Origin: an uncultured Gemmatimonadales bacterium
GTDB taxonomy: Bacteria > Gemmatimonadota > Gemmatimonadetes > Gemmatimonadales > Gemmatimonadaceae
Direction: 5' to 3'
Length of the DNA stretch: 64,000 nt
Assembly (NCBI GenBank): GCA_963707505.1
Contig: CAVPQB010000006.1
Coordinates: 384,001-448,000 of the forward strand
Shown: positions 43,001 to 50,177 of the stretch, one piece after another
Layout of the letters: each line of letters opens with the position of its first letter
Position numbering within the stretch: the stretch's first letter is position 1
Translations under genes and position numbers: made by a program
Notes under the pieces: generated by a model
The model's database searches: none
What the model was told of the DNA's origin: nothing
What the model saw: only the letters and a program-made list of their open reading frames with translations

Positions 43001-43919
43001 ACTGCCGTCGGACGAGTGGCGAGCAGAAGTAATAGATCCCATGGGCAACCTTGCCGGCACGGTGAACCTGGACTCGATCGGAGTGCCGCACACGTGGGAC
43101 GCGTGGGGAAAGAACACGAGCACGACGTGGGACGGCATGGATGCCCAGGGTTGGAAGGGCTTGCAGCCGGAGACCGGGACTGGGCTCATCTATATGCGTG
43201 CCCGGTGGTATGATCCGGCGCTGGGGCGGTTCATAAGCGAGGATCCGGCAGGGCTCGCGGGTGGGATCAATCCGTACGTGTTTGCGGGTGATGATCCGAT
43301 TAACAAGAGTGATCCCGCAGGACTATACTCTTGTGCAGGCGTGACGATCAACGCGACTGACTGCGGCGATCCGTTGCAGATGCCTGGAGGAGCAGGATAC
43401 GGCGCAATCCTATTTTCGCTGTCCAGTGGCCCAACAGGTGGCGACGTCAACTATGCCGGTGCGCCCATCGCGCACGGGCTAATTATCGTCGATCGATCGA
43501 TTCGCGATGCGCTCGCTACATATCGAGTTGAGCACCCCGATGTAGACACCTATCTGAAGGTTCTAGAATCTTCTCAGTCACTATTCGCAATCGCTGACGC
43601 GGACCAACACGCTTTTGGTAGTGGCATTGTACTCCGGGGAGGTGTAACGTTTGGTGGGCCAGGGGTTGATGGAAGAAGCGAGCAAGATTTTGTAGATCAG
43701 TATGGTGGAGTCTTGGGATTGACAGGATTACGGGGGCTCTCACTTATCAGCTCTGTTTGGGCATCCGCGAACAACGTGCCAATCGCAGTAATCGCCGCAC
43801 ACGAGGCGATCCACCTCTGGGGCCTCGACATAAACGGAATCAAGCCTGGCCACCACGATCGCCTGTTTCAAAATGATGTAGGCTGCCGAGTGTACCTCAA
43901 CTGCGCAGGACAACCATGA
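37065..43919 (+). CDS. RHS/YD-repeat polymorphic toxin: signal peptide, 8 Ig-like repeats, YD shell, RHS core, HExxH C-terminal domain
   Basis: Hydrophobic leader ending LHA-Q; YD repeats; YMRARWYDPALGRFISEDPAG...NPYVFAGDDPINKSDPAGL; AAHEAIHL. Confidence 0.93.
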   Translation: MSNYPRSDSRIALILLRSAVGICLSAVVLCSTLTPALLHAQGTKPGAMPMIGGNAILDVSPANGSTTAVGNSTSQTYVFYVENTGTANTTATFSISSCAGAVSNCSLSPSSASVPHGGSVPVTVTFHTAVTGSGTIMLTANWGGSNYIDGSVTVTLPSATPSVAVGANPNYSAESFQTNDPNFTVTNSGNTASYYSFMVTQCSGNVSNCSVATPNSSISPGSSRPDTVSYTTGPFQNGNGTIALQVTSLLTGEVSSGTVTIVPLSPAVAVTPDTGTATANPNTSPVATFVVSDTGNSSPVTYNLTCGYSGTVTGCSVQSSVQVYHGSPQNVSVTYTTSGSPAGGAGTVTVSATPSGWQAHNYADQGSYNISVASEQAATTPAPAGPAYDDVNATVTRAFAIHNPNAFPENYMWSATCANAASCSGQSGAVYVPASSTVSQNVTYTAVTSPSNGTITFSASDAAGSSSAVLTVVLNTYAPGVVPSSGGSGSLVTGQQVVDTFVVRNQGNQEANYSLSATCDGAIPQQNCLLANSTQAQQGVDLLPNETVSVPVRWSATGTPVTSHVSLTASFTDLHATPWTNTGTRTLTYFPWVAPSITANGPPSGGFAPDAVGLVQSFMVTNNGSTSATYDYHASCVDAVGEAAVPTSCAVVQPAPYTVTAGENATVQVSFNSGDEGTSSTMTLVATEGTDSTSGPATIAINQLPPTVTTATPSVADYSDVPVTRSFMIHNPNAVGESYSWTLACHGVASCTTSSGWAAVAARDSASIGEQYTPSGAPNATGTMVATASSLSVSATDSIVIRIKSYTPQVTAVGSPDTLAAGVVDTAHFTVKNIGLDSMAYVFTASCDNTAAITCVQPPSTPVPLLPSQQTTVAVRFTAGANFTSGGVMLHVYPNGSGIYADSATFAIIVRTPGSLTVNTDFMNSDNQDMNACAASCFAAQYTLSTAPFYTLNTPRTTSLVYNSDRVSPRPFIYADVSPNTQAGPVQQYLLQVRKNGVNLPFTNGDDTLFFAGSSVPIRLTGQVDMSSYDTDLYPVDVMVTAVYGGGGSETVTSHTHLLVVNESHSPVARGWTLVGPQHIYERDSVAIITDGTGSAEVFAKCGTYCYQAPTGDFSTLAVIDSSAGAPRTWIRTYPDGTQLYFGVTGDDWMTYDHVGRSAYIGHDTQSRVTELDDPGLTKSWGSYATSVGYDANGISWIREPSQQAWRGRMLTFRIGTDSLLYAAYTADSDSTVFTYDSQRRLTTVRDMNGAVTTYTYDSVTGKVVQVTGAAVPTDAGGGSTTLQQPTVVFTPWQSVGVPRVHTSSSTPATAVEASAVVAKVQDPAGAVTQFTVDRWGQPLITTDAMGNVTTIKRSGMVATEVDESQGRKSLYTYEGPNLTISQPAGDSATHYHYGLKSQVDSIWGKSVVPEARGFNSDGTVAWVRQAGDSSRTTHYTYDPTTVQVATITDPLGHTTVLQYDATFGNLARTTAPSGQVISATFDRYGRDSTSSAPGLATTTTLYDIVNRPVSVNDGAYTTPTTFTYDPLGRFSVVTDPMGQSFRTEYDTVGRVTRRYDATGLGKYNSYRYDIAGRTTSSTNRRGQRVDITYDLLGRMLTRTDITAGNVDRFSYSADGLTSGSANANAGDTTDVDVMNATSQTTTWENGVRYSNGQTLNPSFNVPDTSTVTALTFGGTPSQRITGRDPLLGALGSVSLGGHTVTFGYDHQLGVRMSTTYVPPTRTTDGSVRADSYAPFTALPVETSFSVAQVDSVLHRAYGYDSAGRLTSEQVAINYFNDGDGARQRQRQFSYDSLGRLTNVTVRRGTCMPWPSDSTASDSLSSSFGWRYTCGTVAPDSGAVFSYDSVGNRTDHSAIITAGDRLASFNGDTITYDDDGNMIRRYNPVTGADHRYVWNALGQLDSAIVVSAIDPISGQRTTVTEHYVYDAGGRLVHVDGSPNTGWLVYQGDQVSEVVQSQSAYTDVAYDDGTDRPAMEYIHTLPSDEWRAEVIDPMGNLAGTVNLDSIGVPHTWDAWGKNTSTTWDGMDAQGWKGLQPETGTGLIYMRARWYDPALGRFISEDPAGLAGGINPYVFAGDDPINKSDPAGLYSCAGVTINATDCGDPLQMPGGAGYGAILFSLSSGPTGGDVNYAGAPIAHGLIIVDRSIRDALATYRVEHPDVDTYLKVLESSQSLFAIADADQHAFGSGIVLRGGVTFGGPGVDGRSEQDFVDQYGGVLGLTGLRGLSLISSVWASANNVPIAVIAAHEAIHLWGLDINGIKPGHHDRLFQNDVGCRVYLNCAGQP

Positions 43920-43938
43920 CGAACAGTGGATTAATAGT

Positions 43939-44448
43939 ATGACTCACGTGCTTATGTATGTTCGCTGGAGAATGCTGGGGATGATTGCTCTTGTTGCGAT
44001 TGCAGGTACGGGCGTATCTGCACAGCGCGTCTGCTCGCAAGATCCGTTGAACGCGGTCACAATTAATGAGATTCTTCACACGGTACCGTGGGACTCCATG
44101 TGCCACAACGGTTGTCAAACTCTAGCGATTGATTCGACAGTTCGAATTGTTACCACGCCTGGGATTGTGCCTCATAAGGAGCCCGTTTACCATCGTATTA
44201 CGAGTACGGAACGTGCAAGAATTTCGCTACGAGGGAGGAGCATTCAATGGGGCGATATTGATGCGGACTTACACCGTGACACAACACATATCTCATTGGC
44301 ACTTCTTCGGCGTCCGCGTGAACCAGAGAAAAACACATTTCTCGTAATTGCATTGCCTCCGCGCTCCTTTGGGCACTGGATGACCATTCGACTTATATGT
44401 AGTGGGGCTGGCTGGACCGCAGTTTATAAGGGCGATTTCGAAGGATGA
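43939..44448 (+). CDS. Putative cognate immunity protein (exported)
   Basis: Immediately downstream of the toxin CT, lower GC, signal-like MLGMIALVAIAGTGVSA. Confidence 0.6.
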   Translation: MTHVLMYVRWRMLGMIALVAIAGTGVSAQRVCSQDPLNAVTINEILHTVPWDSMCHNGCQTLAIDSTVRIVTTPGIVPHKEPVYHRITSTERARISLRGRSIQWGDIDADLHRDTTHISLALLRRPREPEKNTFLVIALPPRSFGHWMTIRLICSGAGWTAVYKGDFEG

Positions 44449-44511
44449 CTGACTAGCGTCAGACATACACGATGCGGTTCAATCCTACCAAACATGTCGA
44501 GCAGGTCAGTA

Positions 44512-44899
44512 ATGACAGAAGTGAAGGACGATAAGTCTATGCCGCGACCCAATCCGTTCGGACGTCGAGCGGCTTATTGGGCAATGCTGATTACGTCGCC
44601 AGTGATCCTTCTTTTTCACCTATCTAGGCAAATTCAACCAAGGTATAGGTGCATGGATTTGTGCTGGATTAGTTGTCTTTGTAGCGCGAATCCGCTGGGA
44701 TTCGAGAAAGAATCTATGGTTCTGGATAGCCATTTTGCTAACTGTCCTTCTTCAAGTTCCCTTTGTAATGTTTGTCCCCTGGACGAAGAAGTATTCTACA
44801 ATGATAACCCTTCTCCCATTTGGCATTCTCGACTATGTCGTCATCAACTGGTGCATCGACCAGGCCGAGAAGATTGCCAATCGGAGGCCATCACTGTAG
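44512..44899 (+). CDS. Frameshifted 4-TM membrane protein, putative orphan immunity
   Basis: Removing one T from the run at 44612-44616 joins ...SPVILL to FTYLGKFNQGIGAWICAGLVVF...LWFWIAILLTVLLQVPFVMFVPW...TAG. Confidence 0.65.
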
Positions 44900-45071
44900 C
44901 GTCCTGCCTCAGTTGAAATTTGACTCCTATCGCTCCAGACTTGGAGCACCGAGGAGTCAATGAGGTGGAGATTTACGAGAGAGTTCGAGCTGAAAGCTGC
45001 TTGTTGCGTCATGAGCTGGAACATCACTGCGATGGAACCGTGAGCTCGGGGCGAATTGTCTACGTTCCCGA

Positions 45072-45851
45072 CTACCCCTCCCGCTCCGTCAACCGCCGCA
45101 CAATCCGCCCCGCCGCCTCCTCAACCCCCATCGGCGCCGCCCGTAGCCCACTACACGTAACACCAGTCATCGCCACGAACTGCGCATCCATAGCCCGCAT
45201 CGTACAACCGTGCATGCGCGCGATACTTTCGAGCGGTACCCGCGACGTCGTAACCGCTCTATAACCAGCCACGATCCGCACCGCGTCCAGCAGTCGCGCC
45301 CCCGACACGAAGCCCGCATCGGCGAGATGCCGCTCGAGACTGCGGCGTGTGTGTGCGGTCATCGCGGCCAGTGCGTCGAGTGAATGAGCGCCATCCCCGG
45401 TCAGTAATACATCCCTCAGCCTGTCCCGGATAACTGACGTGAGACGAGCCATCTGTGCGTCGATCCCGGATAGCAACGCCGCGCTCAGCTTCACGTCCGG
45501 CGTCAGCAGCAACGCCCGCTCCAGCAGCGAGTGCTCGGCCGGCACACTGCGGAAGATGAATCGCGCCTGAGTGCGCTCGGCCAGAATCACCGCGCTGTCC
45601 ATCGCCGCCGGGGTGATGGCGCACGAGGCGACGACCGGGCGCGGGAATTTGGCCAGGGTGACGACGATCGTCTCGGCTATCGTCGCCGTGATGAGAGACG
45701 GATCGATCACCAGACAGTCGCCATCTGTCGACGCGATCGCGGTCAGGAGCCGGCGCGCATCCGGTACGGAATCGATACTGCCGCCGTATCCAGCGACGAT
45801 TGCTGACACTGTTTCCAGCGTGTCTGGCGACAGAAATACGATGTATCTCAA
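45072..45851 (-). CDS. AraC-like HTH transcriptional regulator with receiver-like N-terminus
   Basis: SLDALAAMTAHTRRSLERHLADAG, VPLESIARMHG...FVAMTG; start uncertain (45851-45911). Confidence 0.7.
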   Translation of the reverse strand: MRYIVFLSPDTLETVSAIVAGYGGSIDSVPDARRLLTAIASTDGDCLVIDPSLITATIAETIVVTLAKFPRPVVASCAITPAAMDSAVILAERTQARFIFRSVPAEHSLLERALLLTPDVKLSAALLSGIDAQMARLTSVIRDRLRDVLLTGDGAHSLDALAAMTAHTRRSLERHLADAGFVSGARLLDAVRIVAGYRAVTTSRVPLESIARMHGCTMRAMDAQFVAMTGVTCSGLRAAPMGVEEAAGRIVRRLTEREG

Positions 45852-45902
45852 GTCAGCTCGGATTCTGTCACATCCGGGGCTATCTGGGTGCAATGAGCGA
45901 GG

Positions 45903-47318
45903 ATGGATCACGCTCGATGCACCAACTATGGCATGGTGAACTGCCCGATCGATAGCGTGGCTGCTCCACAGATCTACAGCTATGATGACGCCGGGAACAG
46001 GGCCGATCCGGGAGATACGCTAGGCGTTGGAGATCAGATGAATGCGGTCACCTTTTCGGGGATGCATCAGGACTACACGTACGATGCCGATGGCAACGTC
46101 ATAACGCGGGCCCTGCCGGCGGACAACGCGACTTGGACCTATACCTGGAGCTCTGACAACAGGCTCCTCTCGGGCTCCAACTGGATAGGGATGGAGAACC
46201 TGGCTTACGACGCTCTGGGCCAGCCGGTGGTGATTCGGAAGGGGAGCGATAATCACATCGCAAGAGTGACGCTGTACGATGGAGGCAATGTCCTGGCCGA
46301 TCTGGACTCGCTGGGCAATAGAGAGGGTGAGTACGTCTATGACGCAGGCACGGATCACCCGTATGCGCTCCTGACCGGAGCTACAGCGGTGACCGGAGTG
46401 CAGTACTTCGTGCTGGACGACTTCGGGAACGTCACGGGCACGGTGTACGACTCGACGCACGTGGCACAGACGATCTCCTACGACGACTGGGGCGATGCAA
46501 CGGTGACGGGCGACACGACCAACCGTCTCGCGTGGAAGGGACTGCCGATCGATTCGCATCTCTGGCTCTCAGAGGTGAGAGCGCGCTGGTACGATCCGGT
46601 GCTCGGACGGTTCATCAGCGAGGATCCGTTGGGGCTCTCGGCAGGGATCAATCCGTATGTGTTTGCCAATAATGATCCAGTTAACGGGAGCGATCCGAGC
46701 GGGTTATCAGAGTGTATCACAATCGACGTACCACCTGTAGACGTATGCGACGGGCCTTTATTTTGCACGCACTCTGACGGGTATTCAAACACCGTATGCA
46801 TTAGCGGAGGAGGGGGAGGAAGCGGAGGAAGCGATTGGGGGGCAGTGCCGCTGCCTCCACCAGCAGATATGGGTGGCGGTGGTGGCTCGGGGTCGAAGCC
46901 TAAGTCGAAGCCCGTCCTCACTGCGCACGATGTTGCTTGTGCTACTGCAGTCGGCGAAGCCGCGCTTAATGTAGCGGTTGATCTGGCAGGCGCATCGGAG
47001 ATACGAGCAGCCACGCAATTTGGAGCTCTAGCTCTTCGTGTCGGAGCTGAATATACAGTGCGATCGTTTTCGGTTGATTTCGCGCGATCATTTGGTGAAG
47101 GAGTATCGAAGGCGTCGTTCAACCGGCTAGCACCGGCGTTTGCCGACGCAGTCAATGGATATAGTACCGCTGCAGTAGCCCATGCAGCCAGTGCTTATAG
47201 TTCTGTTGGTGGGACAGTAATAGGACAGTTCACCTCTGGCAATTATAGCCTGTGGGACTACGTTCCAGTCGTTTCGTCAATTCGGTCTATCGTAAGCGCA
47301 TATCATACCTGTCATTAA
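45903..47318 (+). CDS. Orphan RHS module (5'-truncated core plus a different C-terminal domain)
   Basis: YSYDDAGNR, VRARWYDPVLGRFISEDPLGL...DPVNGSDPSGL, then a Gly-rich linker and an Ala-rich helical CT. Confidence 0.88.
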   Translation: MDHARCTNYGMVNCPIDSVAAPQIYSYDDAGNRADPGDTLGVGDQMNAVTFSGMHQDYTYDADGNVITRALPADNATWTYTWSSDNRLLSGSNWIGMENLAYDALGQPVVIRKGSDNHIARVTLYDGGNVLADLDSLGNREGEYVYDAGTDHPYALLTGATAVTGVQYFVLDDFGNVTGTVYDSTHVAQTISYDDWGDATVTGDTTNRLAWKGLPIDSHLWLSEVRARWYDPVLGRFISEDPLGLSAGINPYVFANNDPVNGSDPSGLSECITIDVPPVDVCDGPLFCTHSDGYSNTVCISGGGGGSGGSDWGAVPLPPPADMGGGGGSGSKPKSKPVLTAHDVACATAVGEAALNVAVDLAGASEIRAATQFGALALRVGAEYTVRSFSVDFARSFGEGVSKASFNRLAPAFADAVNGYSTAAVAHAASAYSSVGGTVIGQFTSGNYSLWDYVPVVSSIRSIVSAYHTCH

Positions 47319-47337
47319 GAGATCATATAAGAAAGAC

Positions 47338-47814
47338 GTGTCGCACACCAACAGAAAAAAACTCCCTGTCAATACCAAATCAGGCGGTGGATCTGTACCG
47401 TTGAGTTCGTTGCGCCCTACAATGAAGGATGTTGCTAAGGGCGCACGTATCGGTCTTTTCTTCGCACTAGGATTTTCCGTAATAGCCGCGCTTATATACG
47501 CCGGAGAGGGGCCGCGTCCATTTCAGAAGAATGATACATCATTCGGATTAGTAATCGTTCTATATTTGGCTGGCTTTACAGTTGCCGGCGTAATAGCTGG
47601 GACTTTTCACCGACTCGCCGATCGATACACCTTGCTCGCTTACGTAATTGGAATCATTGCTGCGACTCCAATGTCATTTGCCATAACAGCAGCCGTAACT
47701 CACAACGTACATCTATGGGAGACTGGGGATTGGATACCGGCATTTGTTGGCAGTATTGTCTACGGCATTTTTGGAGTGAGAATGTTCCGCAAAGACCCCA
47801 TCAAATGGGACTAA
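47338..47814 (+). CDS. 4-TM membrane protein, putative immunity to the orphan CT
   Basis: Directly follows the CT, low GC, four hydrophobic helices; start may be ATG 47422. Confidence 0.7.
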   Translation: MSHTNRKKLPVNTKSGGGSVPLSSLRPTMKDVAKGARIGLFFALGFSVIAALIYAGEGPRPFQKNDTSFGLVIVLYLAGFTVAGVIAGTFHRLADRYTLLAYVIGIIAATPMSFAITAAVTHNVHLWETGDWIPAFVGSIVYGIFGVRMFRKDPIKWD

Positions 47815-47927
47815 TTCGAGTTCCACCGGTTTGATGGATACCTCAATGACGGTCGCCCCAGTTTAGGGCCAGTTCTAAGCTGACAGTCTCGTAGTTTTGG
47901 TCTTGCCGCCAATCTCGGTCCACTCCG

Positions 47928-48815
47928 TCACACATTTTGGAGTTGAGTCAGAGCTGGAGTGAAGTCTCCGCGTGCTCGGAATTGAGCCGGAGACTGGTTC
48001 GCTAAGCTGCTGTGTGGTCTGAAGTTATTGTACTCATCCTGGTAGGTGTCAAGGGTGCGTTCAGCATCTTCTAGGTTGATAAAGTAGTGTTGCGTTGGCC
48101 GGCTGCCCTGCATCGCAGGGCGACCGGCTAAACACTCACGTCTCACCGAGTTGTGAAAGCTCTCGATGTGCGCGTTGTCGGTCGGCTTCGCCGGTCTACT
48201 GAAGTCGAGTCGTACATGGTTCCAGTATGCCCAGTGATCGAGCGCCTTCGATGTGAATTCGGTTCCATTGTCTGCCTGAATTACCAACGGTAATCCACGC
48301 TCAGTTCCGGCAATGCTCAAACAGCGTGCGACGTCTTCACCGCGAAATCTCAGCTGCGGCACGAGCGCAACGCATTCACGCGTGAAGACGTCGACCACGC
48401 TCAGCACGCGGATTGTGTTTCCACTTGCAAGTGTGTCGTGAATGAAATCCATCGCCCAGCGTTCGTTCGGTGCACTTGCCTGCGGACGTAGTGCGCGCGT
48501 TACGGCGCTTTTCCGACGCCTCGGTCCCTTCCTCTTCTGCGTCAGGCCTTCCTCGATGTATAGCCGATGCACGAGCTTGTGATTGATAGCCCAGCCCTCG
48601 CGCCTCAGCAGCACGTGCAGTCGCCTATAGCCATAGCTCACGCGTACATGCGCCAGCTCTCGAAGTCGTCGTCGCAATGGCTCGCGCTTCGGCCTTATGC
48701 TCACGTAACGAATGATCGCGCGATGCAATGATCCTGCTCTGCATGCTCGACGCTCCGACACTCGATACGCGCTCTGCACCCAGCGCACCCAATCTCTCCG
48801 ACGCGCTGGGCTCAC
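47928..48815 (-). CDS. IS3 transposase OrfB (DDE)
   Basis: YGYRR, WAMDF, IQADNGTEF, NAHIESFH; 11-aa insertion after RRECL. Confidence 0.92.
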   Translation of the reverse strand: MSPARRRDWVRWVQSAYRVSERRACRAGSLHRAIIRYVSIRPKREPLRRRLRELAHVRVSYGYRRLHVLLRREGWAINHKLVHRLYIEEGLTQKRKGPRRRKSAVTRALRPQASAPNERWAMDFIHDTLASGNTIRVLSVVDVFTRECVALVPQLRFRGEDVARCLSIAGTERGLPLVIQADNGTEFTSKALDHWAYWNHVRLDFSRPAKPTDNAHIESFHNSVRRECLAGRPAMQGSRPTQHYFINLEDAERTLDTYQDEYNNFRPHSSLANQSPAQFRARGDFTPALTQLQNV

Positions 48816-49078
48816 CAGTTTTTTCGGAGCGACTCCTGCAGGATTGTCTTGTCGAGGCTCAAGTCGGCGACCAGCTGCTTCAGCTTCCGGTTCTCTTCGC
48901 GCAACTGCCTAAGCTCACGGATCTCGGGCGTGCCCATGCCGCCGAACTTCTTCTTCCACCGATAAAAGGTCTGCTCGGTGACCTGGAGCTTCCGACAGAT
49001 CTCAACGACCGGAGTCCCGCTCTCAGCCTGCCGGAGCGCCATTGCTACTTGCTCCGGCGTGAATTTGCTCGTCCGCAT
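48812..49078 (-). CDS. IS3 transposase OrfA (HTH)
   Basis: FTPEQ, ICRKLQVTEQTFYRWKKKF, LREENRKLKQLVADLSLDK. Confidence 0.93.
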   Translation of the reverse strand: MRTSKFTPEQVAMALRQAESGTPVVEICRKLQVTEQTFYRWKKKFGGMGTPEIRELRQLREENRKLKQLVADLSLDKTILQESLRKNW

Positions 49079-49174
49079 CGTGCTGTCCTCCGCCTCATTC
49101 CTGAGGCATCTGGCCAGCTCTAAATTACGTCCAAAATGTTACGCCGTCCGGACCAGGAATCGGGGACAAGACCA

Positions 49175-49729
49175 CCTGCAGCGCGTCCGCATTCGATACG
49201 TGGATTCTCGGTTCATATTCCGGAACGAGACCGAATGCGAGACAAGGCTGCTCTGGAATCGACGCTGGCAAAGGTTGATGATGCGATCAACGACATTCGG
49301 AGATTTGATCCCACTCGTTATGCGCGGATGCTGGACTTGTGCACGTGTATCATTGTGCTTCCGGTACGATCGGCTATGTACTGGGAAGAAACGAATGTCT
49401 GTGTCCTGTCAATGGATGTAATATTGGAATACTCTCCTGGGCTCACGGCGTGCGATATTGTCCACGAGTTCACGCATGCGAAGCTGGCACGGGCCGGATT
49501 TCTCGCTGCGTTCAGAAGGGACCTATTATCCAGAATGGAGCGATTGTGCACCGAAGAGGAAATCGCCTTCTTGCGAAAGACGCCAGACGAGCTTTATGCA
49601 ACCAAGCAAAAGTACATCGCTAGTCTACGGGAAAGCCTATCCGAGGCGTGGTGGACCACAGAGAATCGACAAACGAACAACAGGCTATGGCAAGAGTGGC
49701 GGCGTCAGCGTGGCTACCCAGTTCGGTGA
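49175..49729 (+). CDS. HExxH-motif protein, probably 5'-truncated by the IS
   Basis: Open frame runs from the IS end; IVHEFTHAKL...RMERLCTEEE; possible restart at ATG 49235. Confidence 0.65.
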   Translation, partial: PAARPHSIRGFSVHIPERDRMRDKAALESTLAKVDDAINDIRRFDPTRYARMLDLCTCIIVLPVRSAMYWEETNVCVLSMDVILEYSPGLTACDIVHEFTHAKLARAGFLAAFRRDLLSRMERLCTEEEIAFLRKTPDELYATKQKYIASLRESLSEAWWTTENRQTNNRLWQEWRRQRGYPVR

Positions 49730-49749
49730 GTAAATCCCGCAGGGAATCA

Positions 49750-49812
49750 GGGGTCGGAGTGTATTTCTTCAGCCGGTCCCAAGTTCTGGACTAGAAAATA
49801 AGCTCTGACCTC
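49750..49812. repeat. GGGGTC(G/A)GAG...CTCTGACC inverted-repeat element
   Basis: GGGGTCGGAGTGTATTTC ... GAAAATAAGCTCTGACCTC; related to 53421-53516. Confidence 0.55.
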
Positions 49813-49875
49813 GTTTCCCCATATCTAAATGTGCACAGCAACCACGACACACACTTGGGTCAAACAAATGCGGTT

Positions 49876-49905
49876 TGAATCGCCCCGGGTTCATCGGAGG
49901 CCCAG
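49876..49905. mobile_element. Isolated IS3-family (IS51-group-like) terminal inverted repeat remnant
   Basis: TGAATCGCCCCGGGTTCATCGGAGGC; no transposase nearby. Confidence 0.55.
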
Positions 49906-50177
49906 TTGTTTGACTGCTCCAGCCACAGTTGTTGCGAACTTGGGTTCCTGAAGCCGTCTCACGAAACGGGGAACAGAGCATACCCCTCCGCCACATCGTC
50001 AGCTGCCATCGGCTCCGCCAGCAACCCACTACAGGTAACACCAATTCGACGCACTACACGAATGTGCACCACGACGCCACGGTCTCGCGTGGAGCGAAAA
50101 ACTGCACCGTCAGGATGCGAACGGTAAGGACCAGCGCATGTCCGCTGCCGTGGCCATGTGGATAACCAGCCATACCG

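Larger units (their letters stand above)
47898..49174 (-). mobile_element. IS3-family insertion sequence (1277 bp)
   Basis: Imperfect terminal IRs TGGTCTTGCCGCCAAT-CTCGGTCC / TGGTCTTGTCCCCGATTCCTGGTCC; orfA/orfB with an A6C slippery site at 48818-48824; no flanking direct repeat. Confidence 0.92.

Noticed and set aside
43194..46710. Duplicated RHS core as a diversity-generating retroelement TR/VR pair
   Set aside because: Differences are not adenine-specific, and no reverse transcriptase is in the window
36882..47814. T6SS-dependent effector locus
   Set aside because: No PAAR, VgrG, EagR/DcrB chaperone or tss genes in the window, and the protein has a signal-like leader
49769..50165. Short ORFs at the island's right edge
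   Set aside because: They span repeat and IS-end remnants and show no protein-like features
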